Source: Octopus sinensis (lineage: Eukaryota). From it: a stretch of 64,000 bases of DNA. The position numbers and the translations under genes are program-made. Positions 26,357-38,946 of the stretch are shown here, piece after piece. Where the stretch lies: the NCBI RefSeq assembly GCF_006345805.1, contig NC_043016.1:26908001-26972000 (forward strand). Reading direction: 5' to 3'. Position 1 is the first letter of the stretch. Every line of letters starts with the position of its first letter. The notes beneath the pieces are model-generated. The model worked only from the letters and a program-made list of their open reading frames with translations. It did no database searches and was not told the origin of the DNA.

Positions 26357-26628
26357 TGGAACAGCCTGCTCGTGAAATTAACGTGAAAGTGACTGAGCAA
26401 TCCACAGACACGCGTACCCCTAACGTAGTTCTCAGGGAGATTCAGCATGACACAGAGTGTGACAAGGCCGGCCCTTTGAAATACAGGTACAACTCATTTT
26501 TGCCAGCTGAGTGGACTGGAGCAACGTGAAATAAAGTGTCTTGCTGAAGGACACAATGCGTCGACAGGAATTGAACTCACAACCTTACAATCGTGAGCCG
26601 AATGCCCTAACCACTAAGCCACGCACCT
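26357..26628 (-). mobile_element. tRNA-SINE sharing the family C tail but with a different head and central domain
   Basis: Shares ggaacagcctgctcgtg...gaaatacaggtac with 19456-19836; related copies at ~20815-21042 and ~57470-57685. Confidence 0.82.
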
Positions 26629-26879
26629 TCATAATGATAATAGTGAGGGTAATAAAAACAACAACCATGTATGCCTGCAGAATCAATACTAACAACAACA
26701 ATACCCACAGAGGCAACCACCAACAACAGAAGTAATAATAGAAACAGATAGTAACCAAAGAAACGGTAGGATAGAAGAAAATAATACAACTAGTATAAAC
26801 GGCATCAAGCCTATTTTTCAACCCATGTGATATGTAATACAATATGTTGCATTTATCAAACAATCCTACCTTTTAACAA

Positions 26880-28265
26880 AAGGGTTTGTATCTCACAGCA
26901 AACAACCAAAAAGAAGCACAATTCACTATAGCTAGGATGAGACTTAGATTTTAGAACAGTACACCAAGAGAGAGAGATGACTTGATAAAAAATCCACATG
27001 TGATGTGCATAAACTCGTACAACAATTGAAGAACAGGGAGGTTATGTGCCTCCCCACAAACCAGTCTAGCAGAATGTTGATGGCCTGCTCAACTATATCT
27101 AGGCAGTGCAATCTCACATCAGCAACAGAAAAGGGAAAAGATCCTCAGTGCTCACATGATGTGGTCAAACACCCTGGGACCAAAGAAACGAATGTCCAAC
27201 AGCTTCCAAGTCCCAAATAATGACCTACCAACATTGTATAGACTCTGTATATTGAGTGATGTGTACCTAGACAAACACAACCTTAGCTGTTTCTGCTTCA
27301 GTAGATTGGTAAGAGGAAGACACCCCACCCCCACTGTAACCTCAACAGTCAAAAAAACCTAAAGAAAGATGGATTGGATGGACTAGAGCCATACAGACCC
27401 CTGAAAACTACGATCAGGTGAGAAAAATAGTCACACATGCAGTAGCTGCAAGTACTAAAAGTTACACTAAAGGGCTACATGATCAAGTTCATCGCTGGTG
27501 ATGTGGCTAACCTCTTTATGGTATAGTGGGATAGGAGTTTCGAAGAACACTTAGCAATGTAGTGGCAAAAGCACCTCTACAACACGATGTCAATTAACTA
27601 GAAACCTGCACCATGGAGAGCATCCAGCAAATAGCTAACTCCATCCACCAGAGTATTAAACAGTAGATCACCCTAACTACAGACTACCAATTTTACACAC
27701 AGAACTCTGCTGAAAATAAGGAGTAACAAAAACCAGATATTTCATTCCCATTATGCTATACCCATGGCCTCTAAATACCTGGCCCCCACGAACATAGCTG
27801 TTGCAGATAATGTCAAAGTAGCTGACTTGATAAGAGAAACGTGTCCTGCGTATGCAACTCAACAAGATGAGTGTGACGCAACACTGGATGCAGTTCTCTG
27901 GGTACGGTCATAGAAACAGGATCAAGTTGTGCAAAGGAGCCAGGGCTAAGTACAAGACCATCATAGAAAATGATGCAATTGGGATCTTCCTGCTGTACAG
28001 AAGTAAGTCATGGAATAGCTTAGAAAGAACGAGGAAGAAGATAGATAAGGCCAGCTCATGGTATGACAACCAGTATGTCATGTTTTTTTTATGCTACCCT
28101 TGGAGATGCACAAGCATATCTTTTTAGGAAATCTTTAGACAAGATGAATCTACAGATTAACGTAGTAGAAAGACCAGGGACCCGCATAAAATCCCTGATC
28201 TGTAGAACATATCCATTTAAAGAAAGCCCCTGTGCAGATACACATGATTTCATATCAAGAATCTT
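26880..28265 (+). pseudogene. Decayed Penelope-like element RT/thumb/linker fragment
   Basis: FIAGDVANLFM..WD..F (RT motif B region), LPIL(D), PMASK, MQFSGY, LYRSKSWN, VVERPG..IK...PFK..PC; many stops and frameshifts. Confidence 0.7.
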
Positions 28266-31200
28266 GCAAAGCAAATAAGACATAATAATATTAATAGTAA
28301 CAATGACAATAATGATACCTGCTATAGTAGAAAACATTTGCCCAAGGTGCCATTCAGTGTGACTGAAAATTAAAATTTTGTTTACACATCACCTAAATTG
28401 AGATATTAGTCAATATTATGTTATAGTGTATCATATTTTATATTGTGTTAGGCTATATTCTATTATGCAATATTGTATATTGAAACCTAAAGGTGACTTG
28501 GAGTAGTTGAAAGGGCATGTCACTGATAAGACCATGAATGGTGACAGGACTTTGACAAACATATTGACCAAATAATTAATCAATCAATTAGTTAGCTGGT
28601 TAAATAGTTAACTAATTAACAAAAAATAATAAAGTGAATTAGAGCCAGTGTGTGTGTTTATTATTGGTAAAATGACCCTCCCGAGATACAAGGAAATCTG
28701 TTTCAACATACAGGTTCACATCAAGAATCTACAAAAATGAATTAATAAAATAAATTTATTTAAATTTTCTTTTATACAACAGCTAAAATGAGTTATTAGT
28801 CAATATTTTGTTATATTGTATATTTTATATATTTATAACGAAAAAATCCTAATTTCATTGAGTTTGTCATTTTCTTGTTTGTTTATATTTTGTGAGGCAG
28901 TATGTTTTCTGTCTTTATTATATGAAATAAATAATCAATGAGAAATAAGCAACGAGTTTCAAGTCTAACTTTCTTTTCTTTTTGCACAAACTTGTCAGGA
29001 AATAAGTTCTGAAAAAATAACACAAGTCACGCAAAAATATTAAATGTTTTACATCCTTTGTTTATCGATATTATTGTGCATCATTTTTTTTTTATTCTCT
29101 ATTAATTCTTTCATTACCAAATTCACTCATAAAGCTTTGGTTGGCTTGGGGTTTATAGAAGATATTTGCTAAAGGTAACCCTTAGTTGCTAAGTAAAACT
29201 TTTAACCACACAGCCATGCCTGTACCTATACTTCATGGAAAAGTGTGGAGAGGTGTAAAGTTCATGTTTGAATATTATCACTTAGAGTAAAGGGAAGTTG
29301 TGAAATAGGAGAAAACCAGGAAGACAGAGGACAATGTATTGAAAGCTTATCTCAGAATGAACCTTACAAAGGAGATGACAGGACAAGATATATGGAGCAT
29401 TGCTGAACTTGAGAAGTTCCATCCACCACAACAAAATAGATATCTTAAAACCAAGGTGCCACATAAAAAGCACCCAGTATACCTTGTAAAGTGGTTGGCA
29501 TTAGGAAGAGCATCCAGCTGTAGAAACCAAGCCAAAACCTACTGGAACCTAGTGCGGCCCCTTGCCTTGCCAGTTCCTGTCAAGCTGTCCAACCCATGCC
29601 AGCAGGGAAAACGAATGTTCAATGGTGATGATAATTTGGTGCAATCAGCACATCAAGCCAGTACTATCCTATAAGTTGTCTTGTGATTGGAAATTTTAAT
29701 AATTGTGGTCTTAGAATCAACTGTCTCATTAAAGGGAATCTCAAATGTCAGTGTTACTTTGAGCCCTGTTTTAGCTTGTAAGCAATTGTGTAGACATGAC
29801 ATCTCTGATGCCATTGTGTTGTGATTGTGGCTCACATTTTCATTGCCATATTTCTGTCGAAATACACTGCCATTGTTCTAATTAGTTTTGAAATTAATGA
29901 ATAATTAAATAACTATATTATCAAGCTAATGTTTGCACCATAAATTAACAAAATATTTTGATGGAAGGTTTTAATGTAGATCATTTAAAAATGTGAAGTT
30001 TGTAACGTAGAGACAGAGATAAGTTGCTATCAAAAGATTCTTTGAAGTTAATCAATTAAACAAGCATTTAATCTGTAATGAAATTATCTTATCCTGATGA
30101 TTGCTAGTTTTGAACTAATGAATTGCAACTGGAATTGTGCCGGATATGTTTAATGTACAGCTGCCTTTTAATTTTTTTACATGTATGGTCAAGCATAATT
30201 TTCCAACTTATGTTATTTTATAGGAAATAAATTCTACTGTTAACTTAGAAAATAGTAATACCTCTAAGTAGTTTTGTAAGGGAGATACTTGCCTATAACC
30301 CAAACATTTGTATATTTATGATATAAGCTGGTATTTCTGAGGATCAAAAACAAAAATTTGGTAATAAAAATTTTAAAAAAGATGAATAAAAATAACTATA
30401 AAACAAAATTACAAGTAAAATGTCTTAGTTATCTTACCAAAAAGAAAAGAAAAACACTGCAAGATTTCTATTTACCATTTTGTCTATGTAAAGACTTCAA
30501 GCTTTACCAAATCAGAAGCTATTGCAAGTAAACATCCATTTTGAAACTCAATCGTACATCAACCACTAAGAATTTTCTGTTGTTAAATGCATTAATTTGT
30601 TGTTTTTTATAGTAAAATAAATAAATGATTGTTAATTGTAGTGTAGAAGTCTTCTATACTTTTTTTATATAGGATGGACCTTCTTCACATTAGGCTCAAT
30701 TTTAATAATCTTTGGTCAATAGTTGGATTTATCATTCATAGTAAATACAGTTGTTTATATGCAAATACATCACAGCATCTTTTCGTGGTAAATTTGAAGT
30801 AAACCATGTTTCTGAACATAACTGTTAAAGTGAAGCATTGTCTATAATTTAACAGAATAATATTGGTTTCAAATTTTGTCCCAAACCAGTAATGTAAGCC
30901 AGTTACATCAACCTCAGTGCTCAACTGGTATTTATTTTTCAACCCTGAAAGGACAAAAGGCAAAGTCAACCATGGGAGAATTTGACCTCAGATCATGAAG
31001 ACAGACAAAATGCCACTAAGCATTTTGCCCAGCATGCTAACGATTCTGCCAGCTCATTGCTTTAAATTCAAAAGGATAATATTGAGTTTTAAAATTGACA
31101 TAATGCCACAAATTTTGACAGAAGTCAGTCAACTAAATAGATACCAGTATTTTGCTGGCATTTTATTTTGTCCCTAGTGGAAAGAAAGGCAAAGTTGGCT

Positions 31201-31572
31201 GCAAGATTTGAATACTGTAATGAAATGAAATGCTACAAAAGAATTTATTTGACATCCTACTGATTCTGCCAGTCCAATGCACCATAATATTAAAGCTATC
31301 AAACCAAGAGGACTTTTACAGTGTTGTTTAGCTCACTAAAAATATCTACCAAATCTCCCACAAATTGCATATCTCAGAAAAAGGATACATTGGATAATGC
31401 AGTCAGAAGTTCAAGGCATGCAGATAAAAGATGGGGCAATCGCAAATGGAATATCTTTTGACCATGTCTGAATAGGGACTAAACTAGCAGTTGTAAAACT
31501 TACAAGCACCATATCCTCACACCATAAAAAAAAAAGATTAGTGATATATATTTCCCTTCCTCATCCCTTTCA

Positions 31573-31902
31573 TTCTTTAGCATTTAAACCAGAAATATTT
31601 GGCCCTGTTTTATATTAAAACTGGCCAGATCCAGCCTCTCAGACCCTTCAATGACCTAAAAGTAATCATGTCAATGAAATCTTGAATCTACAAGATAATG
31701 CATGATCAATCCAAACAATGTGAATAAGCATAGGCATAAGAGTGGCTGTGTGGTAAGTAGCTTGCTTACCAACCACATGGTTCCAGATTCAGTCCCACTG
31801 CATGGCACTTTGGGCAAGTGTCTTCTACTATAGCCTCGGGCCAACCAAAGCCTTGTGAGTGGATTTGGTAAACAGAAACTGAAAGCAGCCCGTTGTATAT
31901 AT

Positions 31903-31934
<32 letters not shown>

Positions 31935-32158
31935 TTGTTCCCCCAACATTGCTTGACAACCGATGCTGGTGTGTTTACAACCCTGTAAATTAGCAGTTCA
32001 GCAAAAGAGACTGATAGAATAAGTACTAGGCTTACAAAGAATAAGTCCTGGGGTTGATTTGCTCGACTAAAGGCGGTGCTCCAGCATGGCCACAGTCAAA
32101 TGACTGAAATGAGTAAAGAGTAAGCATTTCATTTGACAGTAATCTGAATGCTAAAGGG
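31573..32158. mobile_element. piggyBac-type MITE with nested family A SINE
   Basis: Right end aatgctaaaggg|ttaa, decayed left end; SINE 31732-32120 flanked by TAAGCAT duplication (31725-31731, 32121-32127). Confidence 0.72.
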
Positions 32159-32842
32159 TTAAGGTGGAAACAATAGTTTTCATTCACATAATTCTTTCTT
32201 TGCCGTGATGCAAGGTATGTTTTGTCATCTTAATATATTAAACATGGTAATTCATTTGTTCTGTTCTTATTCCTCATCGTTCCTTTGTTATGGGGAACCC
32301 TGAGATAAACAAGATTATAACTGCTGCAATAATAATAAAGTCAAAAGTCTTTATTCCGAAAGGAGACTACTTCTACATTTTCAGGGTTCAATTTAACACT
32401 GACTATTATGGGAGTCACCTGTGACTCACCACACTATTTTCTTAATATACCATCGACAGTCACTGATAATTCCCAATGGTAATTTTTTTTATGGTGCTTC
32501 ACATTATTTGAATTTTAGGAAATGTACAGAATGTGTTTCTCTATTTTTGATGGCTTTCCATTTGAATCAATAGAAGCTGAAACAGGATCTGGTAAGAAGA
32601 GTGCAAATCAGTCGTCTCCTTCATTGGAACACTGACCTCCATAAAATAGTTTTTGTGAGACAAGCCATGGAAGCTCATATTATATAATCTGACTATAAAA
32701 AATATATATATATATACAACGGACTTCTTTCAGTTTCTGTCTTCCAAATCCACTCACTAGAAGACACTTGCCCAAGGTGCCATGCAGTGGGGCTGAACCC
32801 GGAACCATGTGGTCGGTAAACACTTACCACACAGCCACTCCT

Positions 32843-33943
32843 TGCAATGGCTAAGGTAAAAGAACAGCATACTTCCATGAAATTCTGTTTTCTGCCAGGG
32901 AAAATGCCAGCCAAAACAGTTATCATGCCTCAAACAGCTTACAAGAATGCTGCAATGAGCAAAACACAAGTTCACAATTGGTTTTCATGCTTTAGGAATG
33001 GTCATTTGTCACTTGAAGACTAATCTCATTCAGGGCAACTGTCAGCCTCCTGAACAAATGAAAACATCTCAAAAATTTATGAGCTGATCTTAAAGGACCA
33101 TCACTAAACAATTGATGAGCTTGTGATATGACTGCGGTGTCCTGGAGCTCCTACCAATGAATTTTGAGTGAGGAATTGCGAATGAAAAGAGTTGCAGAAT
33201 TTATGCCTCGCTTGCTCAGAGAAGATGAAAAACTCATGACTGAATGTATGTCCTGAACTGAAAGAACAGTTGGAAGTTGATCCAAACCATTTTTTCAAAG
33301 ATCATCACTAGCTGGTGCTATGGCTATGACCTGGAAACAAAGCAGCAATCAAGTTAATGGAGGCATTCGATGTCACCATTATCCCCAAAAAAGCATGTGA
33401 AATTCAATGTCAAGACAATACTGATTTGTTTCATTGAAGTGAAAGGAATTGTCCACACAATTTGTTCCTCCTGGTTAAACAGTTAACCAGACATTTTACT
33501 TGGCAGTTCTAAAGTGTTTGCGAGATGCGATGAGATGAAAACACCCTGATCTGTGGCAAAGTGGGGAGTGGTAGTTTCATCACGATAATCCGCCTGAACA
33601 CACCGCCTTGAGTGTAAGACAGTTTTTGACCAAAAATGGCATGATCCTGCTCACCCACCCAGTCCTACACCCTGTAACTTTTTTTTGTTCCCCCAAATGA
33701 AAAAGTCCTTAAAGGAAAACATTTTGTAGATGTGGAAGAGGTGAAAAAAAAATGACAGAGGCTTTAAAAGGCATCACTGTGCAAGAGTTCTAGGACTGCT
33801 TCAAACAGTGAAAAACATGTCTCGACTGGTGCATGGGTTCAAATAGAGAATACTTTGAATGTGGTAAAAGTATAAACATGTAAAACTAAATGAATAAAAT
33901 AATATTGCAAAATTCTGGCTTCTTTTGGGTGCCCCCTCATGTA
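32843..33943 (+). mobile_element. Decayed mariner (DD34D) transposon, left TIR lost
   Basis: MAKVKEQ..MKFCF...AMSKTQV..WF..F..G..SLED; WCYGYD.ETKQQS; HHDN; PCNFFLFP; right TIR near 33910-33943. Confidence 0.85.
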
Positions 33944-33945
33944 TT

Positions 33946-33986
<41 letters not shown>

Positions 33987-34014
33987 TATTTAAGGTCACA
34001 ATATATATATTAAA

Positions 34015-34068
34015 GCACTACTAAATAGTTTCATATGTTGAGACAACTCAAACATATTCTTCAGGTGC
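34015..34068 (-). ncRNA. Type I hammerhead ribozyme
   Basis: GCAC-CUGAAGA-[AUAUGUUUGAG/CUCAACAUAU]-GAA-ACU(AUUU)AGU-A-GUGC; complete core, GUA cleavage triplet (cut after 34019). Confidence 0.82.
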
Positions 34069-34302
34069 AAACCACATATCATAACGAACTAAAGAAATTG
34101 AATAATAGAAGGAATGTAAAATAAACTGAAAGGGCATCATATAGAAAATGCAGACAGTAAAAGGCAAAAAACAGAAAATAAAATTTCAAAAATAAAAAAC
34201 AGAAACTAAAATTTCAATAATAAAAAGTTGCTGGAAAGATATCAAGTCAGTCAGGAATAGGCAGAATTTTCCAGTTCTTCAGAATATATATATATATATA
34301 TA

Positions 34303-34925
34303 TCATCATCATCATCATTTAGCGTCCGCTTTCCATGCTAGCATGGGTTGGACGGTTCAATTGGGGTCTGGGAAGCCAGAAGGCTGCACCAGGCCCAGTC
34401 TGATCTGGCAATGTTTCTATGGCTGGATGCCCTTCCTAACGCCAACCACTCTGTGAGTGTAGTGGGTGCTTTTACGTGCCACCGGCACAGGTGCTAGACG
34501 GGGCTGGCAAACGGCCACGGACGGATGGTGCTTTTTATGTGCCACCGGCACAGAGACCAGTCGGGGCGGCGCTGGCAACAGCCACGATCGGATGGTTCGT
34601 TTACATGCCACCGGCACTGGTATCACAGCTGCAATTTCCATTGATGTTGATTGACTTCAATTTTGGTTCTGATTTCTGATTTCCACTTGCCTCAACGGGT
34701 CTTCACAAGTGGAGTTTTGTGTCCCAAGAAGGAAAGGTATGCATTAGTCAACTGGCTACATCCCAGGTAGGGACTATGGGTTATGGTCTCACTAGTCCTG
34801 CCAGGTCTTCTCATGCACAGCATACTTCCATAGGTCTCGGTCTCTAGTCATTTCCTTGGTGAGACCTAAAGTTCGAAGGTCGTGCTTCACCACCTCGTCC
34901 CAGGTTTTCCTGGGTCTACCTCTTC

Positions 34926-34929
<4 letters not shown>
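34303..34929 (-). mobile_element. 5'-truncated RTE LINE (ORF C-terminus plus 3' UTR) nested in a PLE
   Basis: GRGRPRKTWDEVVKHDLRTLGLTKEMTRDRDLWK (RTE-type C-terminus) runs into the repeated 3' UTR and (GAT)n tail. Confidence 0.85.
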
Positions 34930-34965
<36 letters not shown>

Positions 34966-35585
34966 TGCAACCACTGAAAATTTCTGAACTAGTGTTCAAT
35001 GGAGAGTTGGGGATCTTATATCTGAAGAGGATCTGTGCTCTTCAGCCAAATAAAGTTTACATTTATTTGATCCATTCCCATAAGGTATGGATTTCACAAT
35101 TACTTTCCATTTAATTACAAGCAGTATTTCATTATCGTTCAAAGTCCATATGTATCTAGCCAACTTAGTAGCATTACTTTTGTCCCTATGTCAGAAGGAG
35201 GCTATGTGATTGGCATAGCGATTTTTAAATTCTCCTTCACATAATCCAATATAGGTCTTCTTATCAGTTGTTTTATTATTTAGGGTTGCAGTAACTTCTG
35301 CCTCATATATGATAGATTTAATCATACATCGTTGGTCAAGTGGACAGGATCCTGGATTGCAACAGTTGCAGCTGGATTCAGGTTGTTGGTATTGACCAGG
35401 TGTAATGATATTCTTCATATTGGGGCAGTGGCTATATGATAATTTCACAGAACGCCTATTAAATATTTTCCTGTGTCTGTGAGTGGCTGGAAAGTGTTTG
35501 TCTAGGAGTGACAGGAATCTTTTACCAATGTTAGTTTTTATCTTAAGGGAAAAGGGAGGGGCAAACCAAAACAATGGAGGCTTTA

Positions 35586-35644
35586 AATGTGCCTGAAGAA
35601 TATGTTTGATTTCTCTCAACATATGAAACTATTAGTAGCACATT
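35586..35644 (+). ncRNA. Type I hammerhead ribozyme
   Basis: AAUGUGC-CUGAAGA-[AUAUGUUUGA/UCAACAUAU]-GAA-ACU(AUU)AGU-A-GCACAUU; 7-bp stem I, GUA triplet (cut after 35637). Confidence 0.87.
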
Positions 35645-35763
35645 GATACATGTATTGTGACCTTAAATAAATAATATTGATCTCTCACCAGATGGAATAC
35701 TTTTGTAGCATACGCTTTGGGAAATCCCTCTCTCTTTATTCTATATATATACATGAATACGGA

Positions 35764-36608
35764 TGTAGTAGATAACAGCTAGCCTTCAGCTGTCCTTTTG
35801 GACCCTGTTGTGTCCACTACTCTGATTGGTTGGTATTGGTGCAGTTTGTCTCTTGCTCTGTTGCATGCCAATATCCAACCCAACCAATTGCAGCCATCTG
35901 ACAAGGTCATGTGAGACTGTCTCTTCCAAACTTTTGGTGATCCGATAGCACCATGTAAAACACTAACTTCACACTGTCTTGAGGTCTTTTGGTTACAGAC
36001 CTCTTAAGGTCTAGCCACTGATCACACGAGACACAGCCAGTTCCAGCAATAGCGCAACAGCAGCCACATGGAAATGTAGCAACACTTGTCCAACAGAATA
36101 TGACAGTCACTTTCTTCGTCACATCCATCATCTTAACGTCGTCAACAATATCTCTCTATGTATACAGCAACCAGCAATCCTTGCACAAGTTCTATCTCAA
36201 CACTGTTTGTGAATTACTTCACCATGGTTAACAGCAAACACAACCTGTGAGAACTTTCTGTATCAAGTAACCGGCAGCAGCATAGTAGCCACAACTTCTT
36301 GTACGACATGTGCTTCAACCAGCTCTGCATTGCAGCCACAACTTCTTGATACAGAACTTCAACTATCGTGTACCTTGACTATGAACTGGTATTTATCATC
36401 CTTGTGTCTGAACATTCTTCTAACGTCATATTATAGACTCTTTCAATGCTCTGTACTTAATGCACACACATACACTTTGTATACATGATGGCCTGTCTAT
36501 TATTACGTATATATGACGCATACACACACATGTTAACATGTAAATAAAATCTTCTCTTAAACATTCTACCCAGTTGTGTCACTCTTTTCCTTCTGGCACT
36601 TATACACA
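35764..36608. mobile_element. Possible solo LTR
   Basis: TGTA...TACA candidate ends, AATAAA near 36544, GC-richer than flanks; no TSD found. Confidence 0.3.
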
Positions 36609-37594
36609 TTTATCCTTTTCATATTTATTGTATCGACTGTGCCATGTACTAAAGGAGCTATTCTTTTACACTTTTTGTTGAATTTTCTTCATGGATCAGT
36701 ACCTTATATATATGTATAACAAAGTAAAGTTGTAAGGTACCGCATGAGTGGAAATATATATGAAAGAAGATTTGAAAATGCAATTTTAAAAATGTTTATT
36801 CATTTGATCAGTTTCACTTTTTTAGAAAAAGATTGTCAAAAGTAAAATGTAAAGCTTTGTACAAGCTTTGTTGTGTTAAGTCCTGGTTGTCACAAAAGTA
36901 TTAAAATAAATATATACATTCTTTGATAATAATAAGAAAATGTTAAAAACAGTTTACAAGAAGGTATTTAAGAAAGTAATTAGAACGGGACTCCAAAATG
37001 TAGAGTTCAATAAGTCATGTTTGTTTGGTAGTATATATATATATATACACAGAAGGAGATATATTTAAGAATTTACAAAAAATTGTAGAGGAATAACTGA
37101 CCTTTCTGACATTTTTTTTGTGTGTAGCTAAGGAATGTTTGCTATCTTAAGGGACAGTATGGGAGGTTGGTTGTGGGGGAAGGCAGAGCAATGTGGAATT
37201 AAAGAGATTGTTTTTGTTTCTGGGTTAGTCTGTCATGGTTCAGTGGTTTTGGGGACTGGTCTTAGAAGCAGGAAAGTGTGTCTCTGTGCATCTCTCTATG
37301 TGTGTGTGTATATATACATGTGCTTGTGTTTTATATTTGGTAGAATGCTGTGAGTATATGTGTGCACGTTTGTGTGTATATGGGTGATAAGTATTAGTCA
37401 GGGTGTTGTGTGTGCTCATGTGTGTGGATATGTGTGCATCCAGCTGTAGAAGCTCTGCCAGATCAAAATTGGAGCCTAGTGCAGCCATCTGGTTCACCTA
37501 TCCTCAGTCAAATTGTCCAACCCAAGCTAGCATGGAAAGCGAACATTAAAAGATGATGATGATGATGATGTATCTACTTGCATACATATATGTA

Positions 37595-38465
37595 CAAGGT
37601 GGTATCAAAAGGTTCCCAGACTAGTTATGTTTAATAAAAATTAACTTATTTACATAAGTTTTAACATCACCTCCTTCAAGATAGTCACATTGCACAGCAA
37701 TACACCAGCCCCTGAATTCCTGCCACTTTTGGAATCCAGCCTGGAAGTCATTTTCCGTAAGCAAGTTGAGGACCTTCTGTGATTCATTCTGGACCTTGAT
37801 AATAGTGTTAAAACAGCGACCCTTAGGCTGCATTTTCATCTTGGAGAAGAGATGGAAGTCTGCATGTGCTAAATCTGGTAAATAGGGCAGGAGCGGAAGC
37901 GATACCATGTTGCTTTTGGTGAGAAACTCGTGAGTGAGGAGAGCTTGGTGAAGAATCCAATTCTTTGTGCTCCACAAATTCTGTTGCTTTCTCCGAATAT
38001 CCTCCCTCAAACGCTTCAAAACATCATAGTAGAACTCTCAATTGATGGTCTGGCCGCGAGGGATGAATTCTTGATGTACAATACTACATTTCTAGTGGTG
38101 ATGCTCATGGCTGGCCCTCCAGATTGCTCATCATCTTCCAGGGATGTTCTTCCACTTTTAAAACACCTGTGCCACTTGAAATGTTGTGTACGACCCATTG
38201 CCTCATCACCATAAGCTTGCTGAAGCACGCTCAATATCTCTGTAGCAGAGTTCCCAAGTTTAATGCGAAATTTCTCAGCTCTTTATTCCTGTCCATAACA
38301 AAATTTCAGACTACAGCATACAAAAACATAAATTTCACAACTAGTGAAGTAAACACTGTGATGTCACTAGGCACACTGCCCCATGAAGGTCACTGCACAC
38401 ACAGCAGTGAGCTGCCATTTGTTGGCATGCTACAGAACTAGTCTAAGGACTTTCTAATACAACCT
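37595..38465 (-). mobile_element. Internally deleted mariner with both TIRs (~870 bp)
   Basis: TIRs ending agactagtt, TA flanks; HTH part (QAYGDEAMGRTQ..WH..FKSGRTSLEDD) fused to C-terminal YLPDLA..DFHLF. Confidence 0.88.
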
Positions 38466-38478
38466 ATATATTAGTATG

Positions 38479-38537
<59 letters not shown>

Positions 38538-38622
38538 ATACACATATATATACATATATACAAACATATATGTGTGTGTGTCTGTGTATTATATACATAT
38601 ATGTGTACAAATGTAAATATGT

Positions 38623-38726
38623 AGGTGCAGGAGTGGCTGTGTGGTAAGAAGGTTGCTACCTGACTACACCAAGCTTTGTGAGTGGATTTGGTCGACAGAA
38701 ACTGAAAGAAGCCTGTTGTATATTTG

Positions 38727-38789
<63 letters not shown>

Positions 38790-38912
38790 CTTACTTGGAG
38801 AAGAGAAACAACGCATGAGTTTGGTCATATAATAACAATATAATAAATAAATAAAACACATGCATATATACATACATATATGTACATACTTACATCTATA
38901 TGTATATATACA

Positions 38913-38946
<34 letters not shown>

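Larger units (their letters stand above)
33981..35675 (-). mobile_element. Penelope-like element remnant: inverted 5' pLTR, GIY-YIG fragment, 3' pLTR
   Basis: WFAPPFS..TNIGK.FL.LLDKHFP, CNC...CPL..C, IIYEAEV...YIGLCEGEFKNRYANH, ending SEIFSGCMH / LKNWKILPIPD*; hammerhead-bearing repeats inverted at both ends. Confidence 0.88.

Noticed and set aside
28941-29005. CUGACAA...GAAACUCGUU on the - strand
   Set aside because: G8 is missing and the flanks are direct repeats rather than a complementary stem I.
32519-32591. Isolated candidate exon EMYRMCFSIFDGFPFESIEAETGS (ag...gtaag)
   Set aside because: No phase-compatible neighbouring exons or recognisable homology.
35021-35045. ctgaagag...ctcttcag palindrome as a hammerhead
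   Set aside because: No GAAA/NUH; it lies within PLE endonuclease coding sequence.
35585-35622. N-terminus MLREIKHILQAH of ORF 35191..35622
   Set aside because: It is the antisense reading of the inverted pLTR hammerhead, not a real start.
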